Shown here piece by piece: positions 38,013-47,383 of a DNA stretch of 64,000 bases. Under the pieces are notes generated by a model. The model searched no databases and was not told the DNA's origin. It was given only the letters and a program-made list of their open reading frames with translations. Both the position numbers and the translations under genes were made by a program. Source of the DNA: an uncultured Pseudomonadales bacterium (GTDB lineage Bacteria > Patescibacteriota > Microgenomatia > UBA1400 > PJMF01); assembly GCA_964570365.1 (NCBI GenBank), contig CAZMXT010000003.1, positions 3,339 to 67,338 on the forward strand, in the 5' to 3' direction. The number at the start of each line of letters is the position of its first letter. The stretch's first letter is position 1.

Positions 38013-38342
38013 CTACGTTATGACTACCCTCGGGAGATGCTTGGTCCGACGGCGTTCTTTCATTTTTCGTACCTGCCTGACTGTTTTTTTGGCTGCTTCA
38101 CTAATGGCCAGATACAGATCATGAGCACTTTCCTGGACCACAATATTTTTTCCTGGAAGATCAACAAAAAACTTTGCCTTGGAAGACTGGAGATCATTTT
38201 TCTTACGACGGATATTTTCGAGGAAAATCACCACCTGGGAAATTCGATGGCCCCGGCCAAATAAACGCGAAGCCTCTTTCACGGCAAATGCGTGAAGCGC
38301 CTCGGTAACGGTTAAGGTTTTGGACTGGACAATGACATTCAT
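38013..38342 (-). CDS. hpf: Ribosome hibernation-promoting factor / RaiA (sigma-54 modulation protein family)
   Basis: 109 aa. ...LTVTEALHAFAVKEASRL... and ...AKFFVDLPGKNIVVQESAHDLYLAISEAAKK... match the short HPF/YfiA fold. Confidence 0.75.
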   Translation of the reverse strand: MNVIVQSKTLTVTEALHAFAVKEASRLFGRGHRISQVVIFLENIRRKKNDLQSSKAKFFVDLPGKNIVVQESAHDLYLAISEAAKKTVRQVRKMKERRRTKHLPRVVIT

Positions 38343-38426
38343 TGTCTACTCCCTTCTTCTCTGCATTGACAGCAAAGAGCTACCTGTCGGGTTACGGTTA
38401 TCTGTGATTTCTTCTATCCAAGCATA

Positions 38427-39035
38427 TCAAATTTTTCGCCGACCCTCAAGCGCTCTTGCCAGCGTAACGCCATCGGCGTACTCAATATCAGCACCAATTG
38501 GGAGGCCGTGGCCTATCCGAGTCAGCGAGATTCTTTGGGCATCAGGGGTAGATTGAGCTATTAGCTCCGCAATGTACAAAGCCGTGGCTTCCCCTTCCAT
38601 GGTTGGATTGGTCGCCAGAATAATTTCTTCGACTGAGTCCAGACGACGCAAAATATCACGCAAGTATAATTGATCTGGACCGATGTTGTTGAGAGGTGCA
38701 ATCGAGCCGTGCAAAACGTGATACTTGCCTGAGAACTTTCCCGACCGCTCAAAAGCTAAGACATCTAGTGGTTGCTCCACCACGCAGAGTAACTTTTCAT
38801 CTCGGCTGCTGTCATCACAAATCTCACAGGGATCACTCTCAGCCACATTATGGCACTGCGAGCACATAACGGTGTTTCGCTTCAGGGCAAGTAACTTGGT
38901 AGAAAAGTCTTCCAGCTCGGCGTCAGGGTTATGCAGCAAGTAAAAAACTAAGCGTTGGGCAGATTTTGGTCCAATGCCTGGGAGGCGTTCAAATTTTTCA
39001 ATCAATTGGCGGACAGCCCGTGGAAGTTTGGTCAT
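38427..39035 (-). CDS. recR: Recombination protein RecR
   Basis: HhH motif (RLPGIGPKSAQRLVFYLL), a C4 zinc finger (CSQCHN...CEICDD), a Toprim domain and Walker-B-like regions. Confidence 0.9.
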   Translation of the reverse strand: MTKLPRAVRQLIEKFERLPGIGPKSAQRLVFYLLHNPDAELEDFSTKLLALKRNTVMCSQCHNVAESDPCEICDDSSRDEKLLCVVEQPLDVLAFERSGKFSGKYHVLHGSIAPLNNIGPDQLYLRDILRRLDSVEEIILATNPTMEGEATALYIAELIAQSTPDAQRISLTRIGHGLPIGADIEYADGVTLARALEGRRKI

Positions 39036-39132
39036 CGTCAGCCATCCTACGATGTTCCTCTAGGACCTGTCAAATAGAAGTAAAGAAATATCTTCTTGTG
39101 TTATCTAAATCAGAGGTACAATATTCGCCATC

Positions 39133-39738
39133 ATGGAAAAAGCAGATCGCAGCATGCGAGTACTAGGTATAGATACCAGGTCTAGTAGAGAAAAAAAGAT
39201 CTGCCAAAGGCGTGATGCCATGATCCGCGCGTATAACGAGGGAACACTTCTGGAGTACTTACGATTCCTTAGTACCATACCGGAGCTTTTTGAGATTTGT
39301 GGCATCCTAATGCATCGCTACGGTGAAGTCGTATTAGAGCCGATCCAGTATAAACGTAAAACTATTACTCAAATAGCTGAAGCAATTGAAGCACAAATAG
39401 GGGGAAATTTTAGTTCAGAAGACTTTGATCCTCGCCCCAAAATAGAAGCTGCAACCCAGAGAAGACGAGCAGAAATGAAACATGCCTATGAGAACTTTAG
39501 CTTTATTTTGTACTTGAAGAATTTGAGTAAAATCCCACAATTAATGCTTATCTCTCAGAAGATACTCTATCGTTATCACCAAATGGTGAAAAGCAATCTC
39601 CCTTTCAATGGGCAAGTTATGACAGAAATGGCCCTTGCCATAGAGGAAGAATTAGCACTAGGCTGCTTCGCTGGTTCCACCAACTTCATAGCGAACAAAG
39701 CGGCTAATTACAAAGCGTTCGCCAATTTTGCCACTTAG
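39133..39738 (+). CDS. Hypothetical protein with two ~55-aa internal repeats
   Basis: Repeat 1 is LEYLRFLSTIPELFEICGILMHRYGEVVLEPIQYKRKTITQIAEAIEAQI. Repeat 2 is ILYLKNLSKIPQLMLISQKILYRYHQMVKSNLPFNGQVMTEMALAIEEEL. The 3' end overlaps the convergent tsf gene by about 80 nt. Confidence 0.45.
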   Translation: MEKADRSMRVLGIDTRSSREKKICQRRDAMIRAYNEGTLLEYLRFLSTIPELFEICGILMHRYGEVVLEPIQYKRKTITQIAEAIEAQIGGNFSSEDFDPRPKIEAATQRRRAEMKHAYENFSFILYLKNLSKIPQLMLISQKILYRYHQMVKSNLPFNGQVMTEMALAIEEELALGCFAGSTNFIANKAANYKAFANFAT

Positions 39739-40134
39739 TGATTTGACTAGTTCATCGATCGTTTCACTTGGGTTTTTGATGAACTCTTGTTGGAGAAGTT
39801 CTTCCACATTGATTGGATTCATCGAGACCACTTGCATGGCCACTCCCCGAGCCATTTCTTGGAACTCAGAGTTGCGAGCCACGTAATCAGTCTCACACAA
39901 AATCTCTACCATGGCAGCAATTCGGTTATTGGAGTGAACATAGGAAGCAATGTAGCCCTCCTTGGTCTCCCGATCAGCCTTCTTCTCTGCTTTAGCTAAA
40001 CCTCGTTGACGCACCCACTCGCGGGCCGTGTCCATGTTGCCTGCACTCTCATCGAGGGCACGCTTACAGTCCATCATCCCGGCGCCAGTTTCTTCCCGTA
40101 ACGCCTTAATATCTGCTGCAGTGTAATTTGCCAT
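39658..40134 (-). CDS. tsf: Elongation factor Ts (short form)
   Basis: Start at ATG 40134..40132, preceded by AGGGAG. N-terminal UBA-like motif ADIKALREETGAGMMDCKRALDES and a dimerisation core. Follows rpsB. Confidence 0.85.
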   Translation of the reverse strand: MANYTAADIKALREETGAGMMDCKRALDESAGNMDTAREWVRQRGLAKAEKKADRETKEGYIASYVHSNNRIAAMVEILCETDYVARNSEFQEMARGVAMQVVSMNPINVEELLQQEFIKNPSETIDELVKSLSGKIGERFVISRFVRYEVGGTSEAA

Positions 40135-40144
40135 AAGACTCCCT

Positions 40145-40867
40145 TTATTTCGTTGCCACACTCTTGCCGGCTAAGTACCCAGCAATCACGGCTTTGATAA
40201 TATAGGTGATGCTGCGAACTGCATCATCATTGGCTGGGATTGGAATGTCAATTGCCTCTGGGTTGGTGTTACTGTCGACGATCGCCATCATTGGCAGACC
40301 GGTTCGTTCAGCTTCAAAAACAGCCACTTTTTCACGACCTGGATCAACGATAAATAAGGCATCTGGCTTACCCTTTAACTCACGGATTCCCCCAAAGAAA
40401 CGCTCCAAACGTTGACGCTCTTTATCTAACAGCACTCTTTCACGCTTGGTGTACTTATCAAACTTGCCTTCCTTTAAGCCGCGTTCGATATCAAGCATCC
40501 GACGCAAAGACTTACTCACCTGTTCCCAGTTGGTTAACAATCCACCCAACCATCTGGAAGTAATCGTCATTAATTGAGCAGCTGCGGCTTCTTCTTTGAT
40601 CACTTCACGAGCTTGTTTCTTGGTTCCGACGATGATCAACGTTTTCCCTTTTTGACCCAAGTCAAAGGCGTAGTTGTAGGCAACTTGGAGTTGAGCAGCT
40701 GTTTTGGCTAAGTCAAAAATGTGGACACCATCTTTTTCAGAGAAAATCCACTTGGCCATCTTGGGGTGCCACCGCTTCGCTTGGTGTCCAAAATGAGCAC
40801 CAGCCTCGAGAAGCTCGCGCAAATCATATTCAGGCGCTTTTTGTGGAAGTGACACGAAGTCAATCAT
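40145..40867 (-). CDS. rpsB: 30S ribosomal protein S2
   Basis: Start at ATG 40867..40865, preceded by AAGGAAA. ...LLEAGAHFGHQAKRWHPKMAKWIF... and ...TSRWLGGLLTNW... are S2 signature blocks. Confidence 0.9.
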   Translation of the reverse strand: MIDFVSLPQKAPEYDLRELLEAGAHFGHQAKRWHPKMAKWIFSEKDGVHIFDLAKTAAQLQVAYNYAFDLGQKGKTLIIVGTKKQAREVIKEEAAAAQLMTITSRWLGGLLTNWEQVSKSLRRMLDIERGLKEGKFDKYTKRERVLLDKERQRLERFFGGIRELKGKPDALFIVDPGREKVAVFEAERTGLPMMAIVDSNTNPEAIDIPIPANDDAVRSITYIIKAVIAGYLAGKSVATK

Positions 40868-41056
40868 ATTTCCTTTTTTTGCTCTCTTTCTCACTCTATT
40901 TGCTGAGTATGAAGAAAGCTCTTGTGCACGGGTAAGAAGATCAGGAAGAAGACTTACCAGGCACGCAACTACAATTTATAAGAAGCGTAGTATATCACGA
41001 CAGCGGAGATTTCAGCGGAATTACCGTAAGTCCGGCGATACCCTGAAAATCTTAAT

Positions 41057-42121
41057 GTGTATCAAATACATATGTCATACGTAATCGAGAGAATTCGGAG
41101 TTACACTCAAGGGATAATCAGTTCAGGCGAAGTTTCCAGTACTAATCTGGAGGGTGATGTACAAACTACAGCGATAGCTCCTCTGGTCGATTTGTTTCAT
41201 CCTCCTGATTCTACGGAAATAAATCCTAAGTTAATTTGGCAGGTCCGAGCAATCCAAGAAAGTTTAGAAAACTCGTTTCCTGCCCACCGAATTCTGAGCG
41301 TCAATCCGGACAGCGCAAATGCATCCCTGAGAAGAGATGACGGCAAATCCTTATTGACCGCTATCTCTAGTTATCTTCGAGGCGGCATTGCAGGAAATCT
41401 CGTTGACCTTCCACTGAAAGGACGCAGTACGTTAGAGGTGTTGACAGCCGATCCGCCCATTAGTCCTTTATTCCAGAGGATCCTTTGGACTCTACTTAAT
41501 TCTCCTGGGCATATTGTACTGCAGCAAGAGGTACAGCAGTACTCAATTGCTCAGCGGAAAACTCTCGTGGGAGAGTTTAGAAATGAGCTTGGCCTCAGGC
41601 CCGAACAATTTTCAAAAATTTGGGGAGCACCTGGTGAGAGTGGAGTATTTCAGTTACACAACTCAGAGCATGTATTTGAGAATGAACACGACTACTTAAT
41701 CTTCTACTTTCTGTACCTAACTTTTAAAGAATTTACTTCTCAGTTTTTCCCTCACTCTAAACCTGAAGTAGATGACCAGGGCCAGAGCCGCATAAGGCAA
41801 AAATATCATTATGATCCCGCTCTTCTTTCGGTAGTGGATCAGGATGGAAATGTTATAACTGAGCTAACAAATGCCGAGCATCGGCTACTGATGCTATTAA
41901 TTTTTGATCTCCCCATTTTATCTTCCCATCCCTCTTTATCTTTTGGTGAAATTTTAAAGTCTTTGCACGAACGTGATGGAGGCCGAAAGGCCAAAAACGA
42001 ATTACAAGTAATTGGAAGATTAAAGTCTGAAATTCACCAATTAAATAAAAAAATACATGGAGTGTTAGGTGTTGTGGACTTCGTACGTAACGTAAGAGGT
42101 CTGGGATATACACTTAACTAA
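41057..42121 (+). CDS. Transcriptional regulator with a C-terminal OmpR/PhoB-type winged-helix DNA-binding domain and an uncharacterised ~250-aa N-terminal domain (no receiver)
   Basis: The C-terminal ~95 aa (...ELTNAEHRLLMLLIFDLPILSSHPSLSFGEILKSLHER...VIGRLKSEIHQLNKKIH...VRNVRGLGYTLN) follow the trans_reg_C pattern (LTxxExxLLxxL...RLRxKL...TVRGxGYxL). The N-terminal 250 aa have no recognisable motifs. Confidence 0.6.
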   Translation: MYQIHMSYVIERIRSYTQGIISSGEVSSTNLEGDVQTTAIAPLVDLFHPPDSTEINPKLIWQVRAIQESLENSFPAHRILSVNPDSANASLRRDDGKSLLTAISSYLRGGIAGNLVDLPLKGRSTLEVLTADPPISPLFQRILWTLLNSPGHIVLQQEVQQYSIAQRKTLVGEFRNELGLRPEQFSKIWGAPGESGVFQLHNSEHVFENEHDYLIFYFLYLTFKEFTSQFFPHSKPEVDDQGQSRIRQKYHYDPALLSVVDQDGNVITELTNAEHRLLMLLIFDLPILSSHPSLSFGEILKSLHERDGGRKAKNELQVIGRLKSEIHQLNKKIHGVLGVVDFVRNVRGLGYTLN

Positions 42122-43005
42122 CTTGAATAGTTCATCAGCTCCAAGCTATTCTCCAACAAACTCACCACTGTCATCGGCCCAACTCCCCCTGGCACGGGCG
42201 TCATAAAACTGGCTTTTTGTTCCATCCCCTCTGGGTTTATATCTGGTTGCGGCTCCCCCACGTCTACGAGGGTCACACCTGTCTTTACCATATCTAGAGT
42301 AACGAGATGTTTACTTCCGGTGGCAGAAATCACCACGTCAAAGTCCAGCAGCATTTGGCCCGACTGCATCCGATCACTCAATTGCTGCTTCCCAAGCAGC
42401 TCAACTTGTATACCTCGGTTGCGAAGTTCATAAAAAAGTGGTTTACCCAAGATATCAGACCTCCCGATGACTGCTATTTTGGCTCCTGGAGAAAAAGCAT
42501 TTGCGACTTGCAGGATCTCCAACACAGCCCGAACAGTTGCTGGCAAAACGCGCCCCTCCTGTTGCCAGGTTCCTTGCTCCACCGCAGCTAAGGTTCGAGG
42601 GTGCAAGCCATCAACATCTTTGGCTTCGGCAATTTGCGAAGTGAGTTGCGTCCACCAGTCTGCGAAAGTGATCGCGCGCAAATCTCCCACTACTTCTTCC
42701 CAGCGAGATCGCCAGGGCTTCTGGATAATGATGCCCGTCACTGAATCGTTTAGATTTAGGCGTTGCAGCTGCTCAAGCACTATTTGCACAGGATCCCTCA
42801 TCGAGAAGGTATAAATCTCGTACTCGATCCCCACCCGCTGCGCGGCCCGCTGTTTGAGCTGCGTATAGAGTTGGCTGCCAGGATCATCACTAAACAAAAT
42901 AGCTGCGACTTTAGGCGACTTCCCAGCTAGCCGCGCAGCGGCGACCTCCGCTCGAAGACTTGCTTCTTTCACCTCGGCTGACCGATACCCATCAAAAATG
43001 ATCAT
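42118..43005 (-). CDS. folD: Bifunctional 5,10-methylene-THF dehydrogenase / methenyl-THF cyclohydrolase
   Basis: ...GIIIQKP..., ...DVDGLHP..., ...AVIGRSDILGKP..., ...PVPGGVGPMTVVSLLEN... are FolD signature regions. Confidence 0.88.
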   Translation of the reverse strand: MIIFDGYRSAEVKEASLRAEVAAARLAGKSPKVAAILFSDDPGSQLYTQLKQRAAQRVGIEYEIYTFSMRDPVQIVLEQLQRLNLNDSVTGIIIQKPWRSRWEEVVGDLRAITFADWWTQLTSQIAEAKDVDGLHPRTLAAVEQGTWQQEGRVLPATVRAVLEILQVANAFSPGAKIAVIGRSDILGKPLFYELRNRGIQVELLGKQQLSDRMQSGQMLLDFDVVISATGSKHLVTLDMVKTGVTLVDVGEPQPDINPEGMEQKASFMTPVPGGVGPMTVVSLLENSLELMNYSS

Positions 43006-43019
43006 AATTATTGCTCCAG

Positions 43020-43901
43020 CTAGGCTGCCACCAGTTTCTTGAGGCGATTCACATTTTCCTGATCTGGTCCTGCTTCTGTCATTCCTGGCACTTCCAGGAT
43101 TAATGGCTTGTCATTGATCAGGTCATGATTCAAAAAATACTGCAGGTCAGCGGTGGGTATTGTACCGTCTCCGAGGTTTTGGTGTCGATCTCGGCCAGAA
43201 CCAAAGGGGTCCTTGCTGTCATTGACGTGAACACAGCGCAAGCTACTCCAGAGTTCCAGTCGCTCAATCTCCTCGAGAGCAGTCAGTCGCTCAGCGTTCT
43301 CCCTCTCCGCCGGGAACTGGCCTTGTTTTTGTCCAAGACCATAGCCAGCCGCTGAAGCGTGACAAGTGTCAAAGCACCATCCCAGTTGGTCAGAAGCGAC
43401 TTGATCGAGCAACCAGCGAACCTCGTCCAAATCCCCACCAATTTTGCCCTTTTGGCCGGCCGCATTCTCAATTAAGAAGTGGGCCTGATGAGGACTCTTT
43501 GCAATAATCTCCCCGACCTGCTGTGCGACTTGCTCCTTTACCGCCTCCCAGCCCCGACCTTGGTGACTCCCTAGATGGACGATGACTCCTGCTCCCCCGA
43601 TGCGCGCATCAAAGGCTAAATCAAAGCAAAGTGCCTTGACAGATTTGGCCACTAGCTCCGGGTTATCAGAGGCCAAATTCACCAAATACAGAGAATGAGT
43701 AAAGATTGGTTGAACATCTTTTTCTTGAGATATTGCAGCTATTTTTGTTGGGTCAAATGCTTCTAACTGAGGTCGTTGCCAAACCCGTGGACTTCCCGAA
43801 AAGACCTGAACACAGTTCGCGCCAATGGCGACGGCTCGTTCAATCGCTTTTTCGACTCCCCCAGCTGCTGAGACGTGTGCACCAATTCTATGTGATGACA
43901 T
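43020..43901 (-). CDS. nfo: Endonuclease IV (AP endonuclease family 2)
   Basis: TIM-barrel Nfo pattern: ...HVSAAGG..., ...VFSGSPRVW..., ...IFTHSLYLVNLAS..., ...IVHLGSH..., ...FLIENAAGQ..., ...CFDTCHA. Confidence 0.85.
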   Translation of the reverse strand: MSSHRIGAHVSAAGGVEKAIERAVAIGANCVQVFSGSPRVWQRPQLEAFDPTKIAAISQEKDVQPIFTHSLYLVNLASDNPELVAKSVKALCFDLAFDARIGGAGVIVHLGSHQGRGWEAVKEQVAQQVGEIIAKSPHQAHFLIENAAGQKGKIGGDLDEVRWLLDQVASDQLGWCFDTCHASAAGYGLGQKQGQFPAERENAERLTALEEIERLELWSSLRCVHVNDSKDPFGSGRDRHQNLGDGTIPTADLQYFLNHDLINDKPLILEVPGMTEAGPDQENVNRLKKLVAA

Positions 43902-43912
43902 GCAGGCTCCTT

Positions 43913-45238
43913 TTATTGTACATAGCTTTGACTAGGAATTGGAAACTTTTGGCAAACCTTTTTGACTTCCTGGCGAATAGCTAGCAGTTTCTTATTTTTG
44001 GTCATTTGCATCCGGAAGTCTTTCAGGAAGGCAGATCGTTGACTTTTTTCTGCTGGCAGTGGGAATGTCTGAACTTCCTTGACCACCTCACTGATCCATT
44101 TACCAATTTGTTTCATCTCTGGCTCTTTCATCCCTCGAGTAGTGACGAGTGGCGTGCCGATTCTGACGCCAGATGGATAAAAGGGAGAGCTTGGTTCGCT
44201 GGGGACGGTGTTCTTGTTGGCGTACATTCCCGCTAGGTCCATGGCAAACGCGACCTGAGTGCCTAGTCCAAAGCCGACAGCGCTCAGATCCATAACCAAT
44301 AGATGTGTCTCCGTCCCATCTCCGACTAACTTGATGCCATTCGCCATCAACGACTCGGCCAGGGCCTGCGCATTGCGGCGAATTTGCTTACCATAGACCT
44401 GGAATTCGGGCTGACTGGCTTCCTGGGCAGCAATCGCAATTGCGGCAGTGGTGGCGTTGTGTGGACCACCTTGCATCCCGGGGATGACGGCAGAGTCGAT
44501 TTTTTTGCCTAGATCAGGGTCACGTTTCAGACCCCGGTCAGTCACCAAGATCATCGCTCCTCGGGGTCCTCGGAAGGTCTTATGCGTCGTTGTCATGACC
44601 ACATCTGCATGAGGAATTGGAGACGGGTGCTCGCCTGCCACCACCAAGCCAGTGACATGGGAAATATCCGCCATCAACCAGGCACCCACCTCGTCAGCAA
44701 TCTCGCGGAACTTGGCGAAGTCCAGAATAAATGGATAGGCGGTGTTACCAGCAATAATTACTTTTGGCTTGTGCTCGAGGGCCAGAGCGCGGACTTGCTC
44801 AAAATCAATTCTGGCCTCTGAGTTGAGACCATATTGTACTGATTTAAAGAACCGGCCGGAAAATGTCACATCTGGATGACCATGAGTCAGGTGTCCGCCC
44901 ATAGTTAGCTTGAGGCCCATGATCGTGTCACCAGGTTGGAGCAAGGCAAATAAAATCTCTGAGTTGGCTGGCGAGCCAGAATATGGCTGGACGTTCACAT
45001 ATGGAACCTTGAACAGCGCCTTGACGCGCTCAATTGCTAGAGTCTCGATCTGGTCGATAATTTGATTGCCCTCATAGTAACGGCGATTGGGATAGCCTTC
45101 TGAGTACTTGTTCGACAGGCACGAGGCCAGCACCGAGCTGACTGCTGGTGAAGCAATATTTTCCGAAGGAATCAGGCCGATCATGTCTTGTTGGCGTTGA
45201 AATTCTTGGTCAATCAGGGCAAAAATTGGATCATTCAT
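43913..45238 (-). CDS. glyA: Serine hydroxymethyltransferase
   Basis: ...LIPSENIASPAV...KYSEGYP..RYYEG..., and the PLP-Lys region ...VVMTTTHKTFRGPRGAMIL.... Confidence 0.92.
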   Translation of the reverse strand: MNDPIFALIDQEFQRQQDMIGLIPSENIASPAVSSVLASCLSNKYSEGYPNRRYYEGNQIIDQIETLAIERVKALFKVPYVNVQPYSGSPANSEILFALLQPGDTIMGLKLTMGGHLTHGHPDVTFSGRFFKSVQYGLNSEARIDFEQVRALALEHKPKVIIAGNTAYPFILDFAKFREIADEVGAWLMADISHVTGLVVAGEHPSPIPHADVVMTTTHKTFRGPRGAMILVTDRGLKRDPDLGKKIDSAVIPGMQGGPHNATTAAIAIAAQEASQPEFQVYGKQIRRNAQALAESLMANGIKLVGDGTETHLLVMDLSAVGFGLGTQVAFAMDLAGMYANKNTVPSEPSSPFYPSGVRIGTPLVTTRGMKEPEMKQIGKWISEVVKEVQTFPLPAEKSQRSAFLKDFRMQMTKNKKLLAIRQEVKKVCQKFPIPSQSYVQ

Positions 45239-45571
45239 AGGGGTCCTTTATTAAAGTTGAGTTCTACAGCTCAGGCTGCGCTGTCGATGAAGCGCGCAGC
45301 GCGTAGAGAAACTATAACCGAATATTGATGAAAAAAAATACCGAACTTGATGCTGACTGAAGGTCCTATGGGATTCCAAGCCAGACCAAGCAGTACCTAG
45401 CGAGCAGTTGAAAAAGAAGTGGAGAAAATACAGCGGGACTTAATCATGGTGAGTAAGAGTATAGCGGGAAAGAATGAGATTGCAATTAGACCTGAGCAGT
45501 GGAGGAATCTCGTCCACTAGGTATATCATCACTTGATGGTAACTCAGTACCCAAAGAATGAGAGCCTTGCA

Positions 45572-46903
45572 CTACTTTGCCTGCTCACTAAGCACTAATA
45601 AAGCTGCGGATTTTAGCGCATCAAAATGCTCAAGAGTTTGAACTGACCTTGCCCAATCTTCAGCAGCAGGGTTATTTGCTTGCATGATCAGTGCGCCACC
45701 AGCATCGAGAGTCCTTCTACCATTTCCTTTGTTTTTAGGATTTCCATCATCTAGAGCATAGCCTACTACTGGTACCCCTGCATCCATTAACCTCGATGCA
45801 CACCCTCGCCTATCACCTCCCAAGTTAGCAGTGTGCTTATCTGATCTCTCTCTACATGGCTCCATACTTACACCGATAATAACTTTACTTGGGTCTATCC
45901 CTCGTTGCTCCAGTTTATAAAGGAGTACATGCTCAGCATGCCAACTGTAATTAGAAACAGCCTCTCCCAGCGTATTTGGTTTTTCATAGACTTTTTCCGC
46001 TCTATACCCCGTCTCTACTACCTTCCCCATAAAATCCATGGCTACCGCTGCTACAACTGCGCGTCGCTGCTCTCTTCCTTCATGCGTCACTTCTGAAAGA
46101 CGGATTGATTCCCAAATGGCATAACTGGTAATTGATCTGATAATCATCTCTCCGACAGCGACATATAATTGTGCCCATATCTCTGCTCTTTCCATAGAAT
46201 CTTTTGCTGACAGATTTTTTTTACGTTTTGATCTGATTTCTGCCTTTTTTTCTCTTCTTAAATGAAGATAATCAACTGTGCTCGCAATGTACATCTGCCA
46301 AATTGGTTCTGGAATAGTTCGTCGCAGTAGCGCCTGGAAATCATTTCCATAGATATTAGGAGTCATGTAACCTAGCTCAGTAACTTCAGTTGCCTCATAT
46401 CCTCTGACCATTAGATAAGCAGAAGCAGCTAAAAATTGATCAATTTGAGTCAAAAAATTCAAGAACTCAGGCTGATACTTTTTTAGCTCTTTGAGATCAT
46501 TAGGCGGGTGAGTAAAACCAGTATGCAGTGCTTCCATATCTGTCAGCCATGCATCTGGCTGGACAGAGTACTCACTCACACGTTGATTCCAAAAAAAATT
46601 TGTCCTCTCATGCACATATCTGGTCGCTAAATGATTAAGCAGTGCTAGAGAAGTCAGGGGATCAGCATGTGCCACTCTGCCAAAATCAGCCCCAAAACGA
46701 TTATAGTTCTCAGGTCCCTGTACAGGAAACATACTCTTTTCTCCAAAAAACTTATAAAAAAAAACACCCTTATAGCAAGTTCCGCTCAGCTTGGTTTCCA
46801 CTCCGTTTTTTTCATAAAACGAAGCTGTTGTATCTTGGGAGCGACAGCCTTGAGGTGCTTTCGCGTTTCTCGTATTTACTGTTAAAATTGAAAAAAATAA
46901 CAA
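45572..46903 (-). CDS. Hypothetical protein with a C-terminal cytidine/deoxycytidylate-deaminase-fold (CDA) zinc-binding domain. The true start may be the internal ATG around 46732.
   Basis: The C-terminal segment carries the zinc-ligand motifs: ...SWHAEHVLLY...GVSMEPCRERSDKHTANLGGDRRGCASRLMDAGVPVVGYALDDGN.... It has HAE and PC...C and a CAxxxxxxGVxxVVxxA helix like TadA (CAGAMIHSRIGRVVFGA), with an unusual 17-residue spacer between the Cys ligands. The N-terminal ~300 aa are unrecognised. Confidence 0.55.
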   Translation of the reverse strand: MLFFSILTVNTRNAKAPQGCRSQDTTASFYEKNGVETKLSGTCYKGVFFYKFFGEKSMFPVQGPENYNRFGADFGRVAHADPLTSLALLNHLATRYVHERTNFFWNQRVSEYSVQPDAWLTDMEALHTGFTHPPNDLKELKKYQPEFLNFLTQIDQFLAASAYLMVRGYEATEVTELGYMTPNIYGNDFQALLRRTIPEPIWQMYIASTVDYLHLRREKKAEIRSKRKKNLSAKDSMERAEIWAQLYVAVGEMIIRSITSYAIWESIRLSEVTHEGREQRRAVVAAVAMDFMGKVVETGYRAEKVYEKPNTLGEAVSNYSWHAEHVLLYKLEQRGIDPSKVIIGVSMEPCRERSDKHTANLGGDRRGCASRLMDAGVPVVGYALDDGNPKNKGNGRRTLDAGGALIMQANNPAAEDWARSVQTLEHFDALKSAALLVLSEQAK

Positions 46904-47021
46904 TACGAATTTGAGGTATTAAACACATATTGGAAAGCTCGCGCAAGTATGAAATTCTCGAGAATAGATGCGCTAAAGAATCGGTTTCTTCAGTTGAGCA
47001 AATTGCTGGGAACCAACTTTA

Positions 47022-47369
47022 GTGGAACGAGGGATACTCATTGCAGTCTCTCCATTTTTGTGCCAGATATTAATGCATCTTATTCGTTTTACTACGGTAA
47101 TAGCTATTGTCCGTGAAGCGCTTGAAGGTGAAGAACAAGAAGCACCTCAAACATTTGGAGGTGAAGTTACAGGAAAAATTCTGAGAGATCCAAAGGGTGA
47201 GGTTCAAAATGGACTTCCTTATGGTCGATTCTTTAAAGTTGATGGTACTGAATTTACCTTAGCTGAAATTCAACAGATGACTCCTGTAGAAAAAACTGCT
47301 TTGGGATATAAAACTCATCGAGAAATTGCCTTACAACAAGCACTTGCATCTGCCCTATTTACAGCTTAA
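47022..47369 (+). CDS. Hypothetical small protein
   Basis: 115-aa ORF 15 nt upstream of the HD-domain gene, with no motif. The true start may be the internal Met (MHLIRF...). Confidence 0.35.
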   Translation: MERGILIAVSPFLCQILMHLIRFTTVIAIVREALEGEEQEAPQTFGGEVTGKILRDPKGEVQNGLPYGRFFKVDGTEFTLAEIQQMTPVEKTALGYKTHREIALQQALASALFTA

Positions 47370-47383
47370 TAGTAGAATAAGTC

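Noticed and set aside
45239-45571. Possible ZTP (pfl) or other riboswitch in the 330-nt leader of glyA-nfo-folD
   Set aside because: glyA and folD are classic ZTP-riboswitch targets, but I could not find the conserved pfl elements by eye. Only a short GC hairpin (CTGCGC...GCGCAG) lies upstream of the RBS. This needs Infernal.
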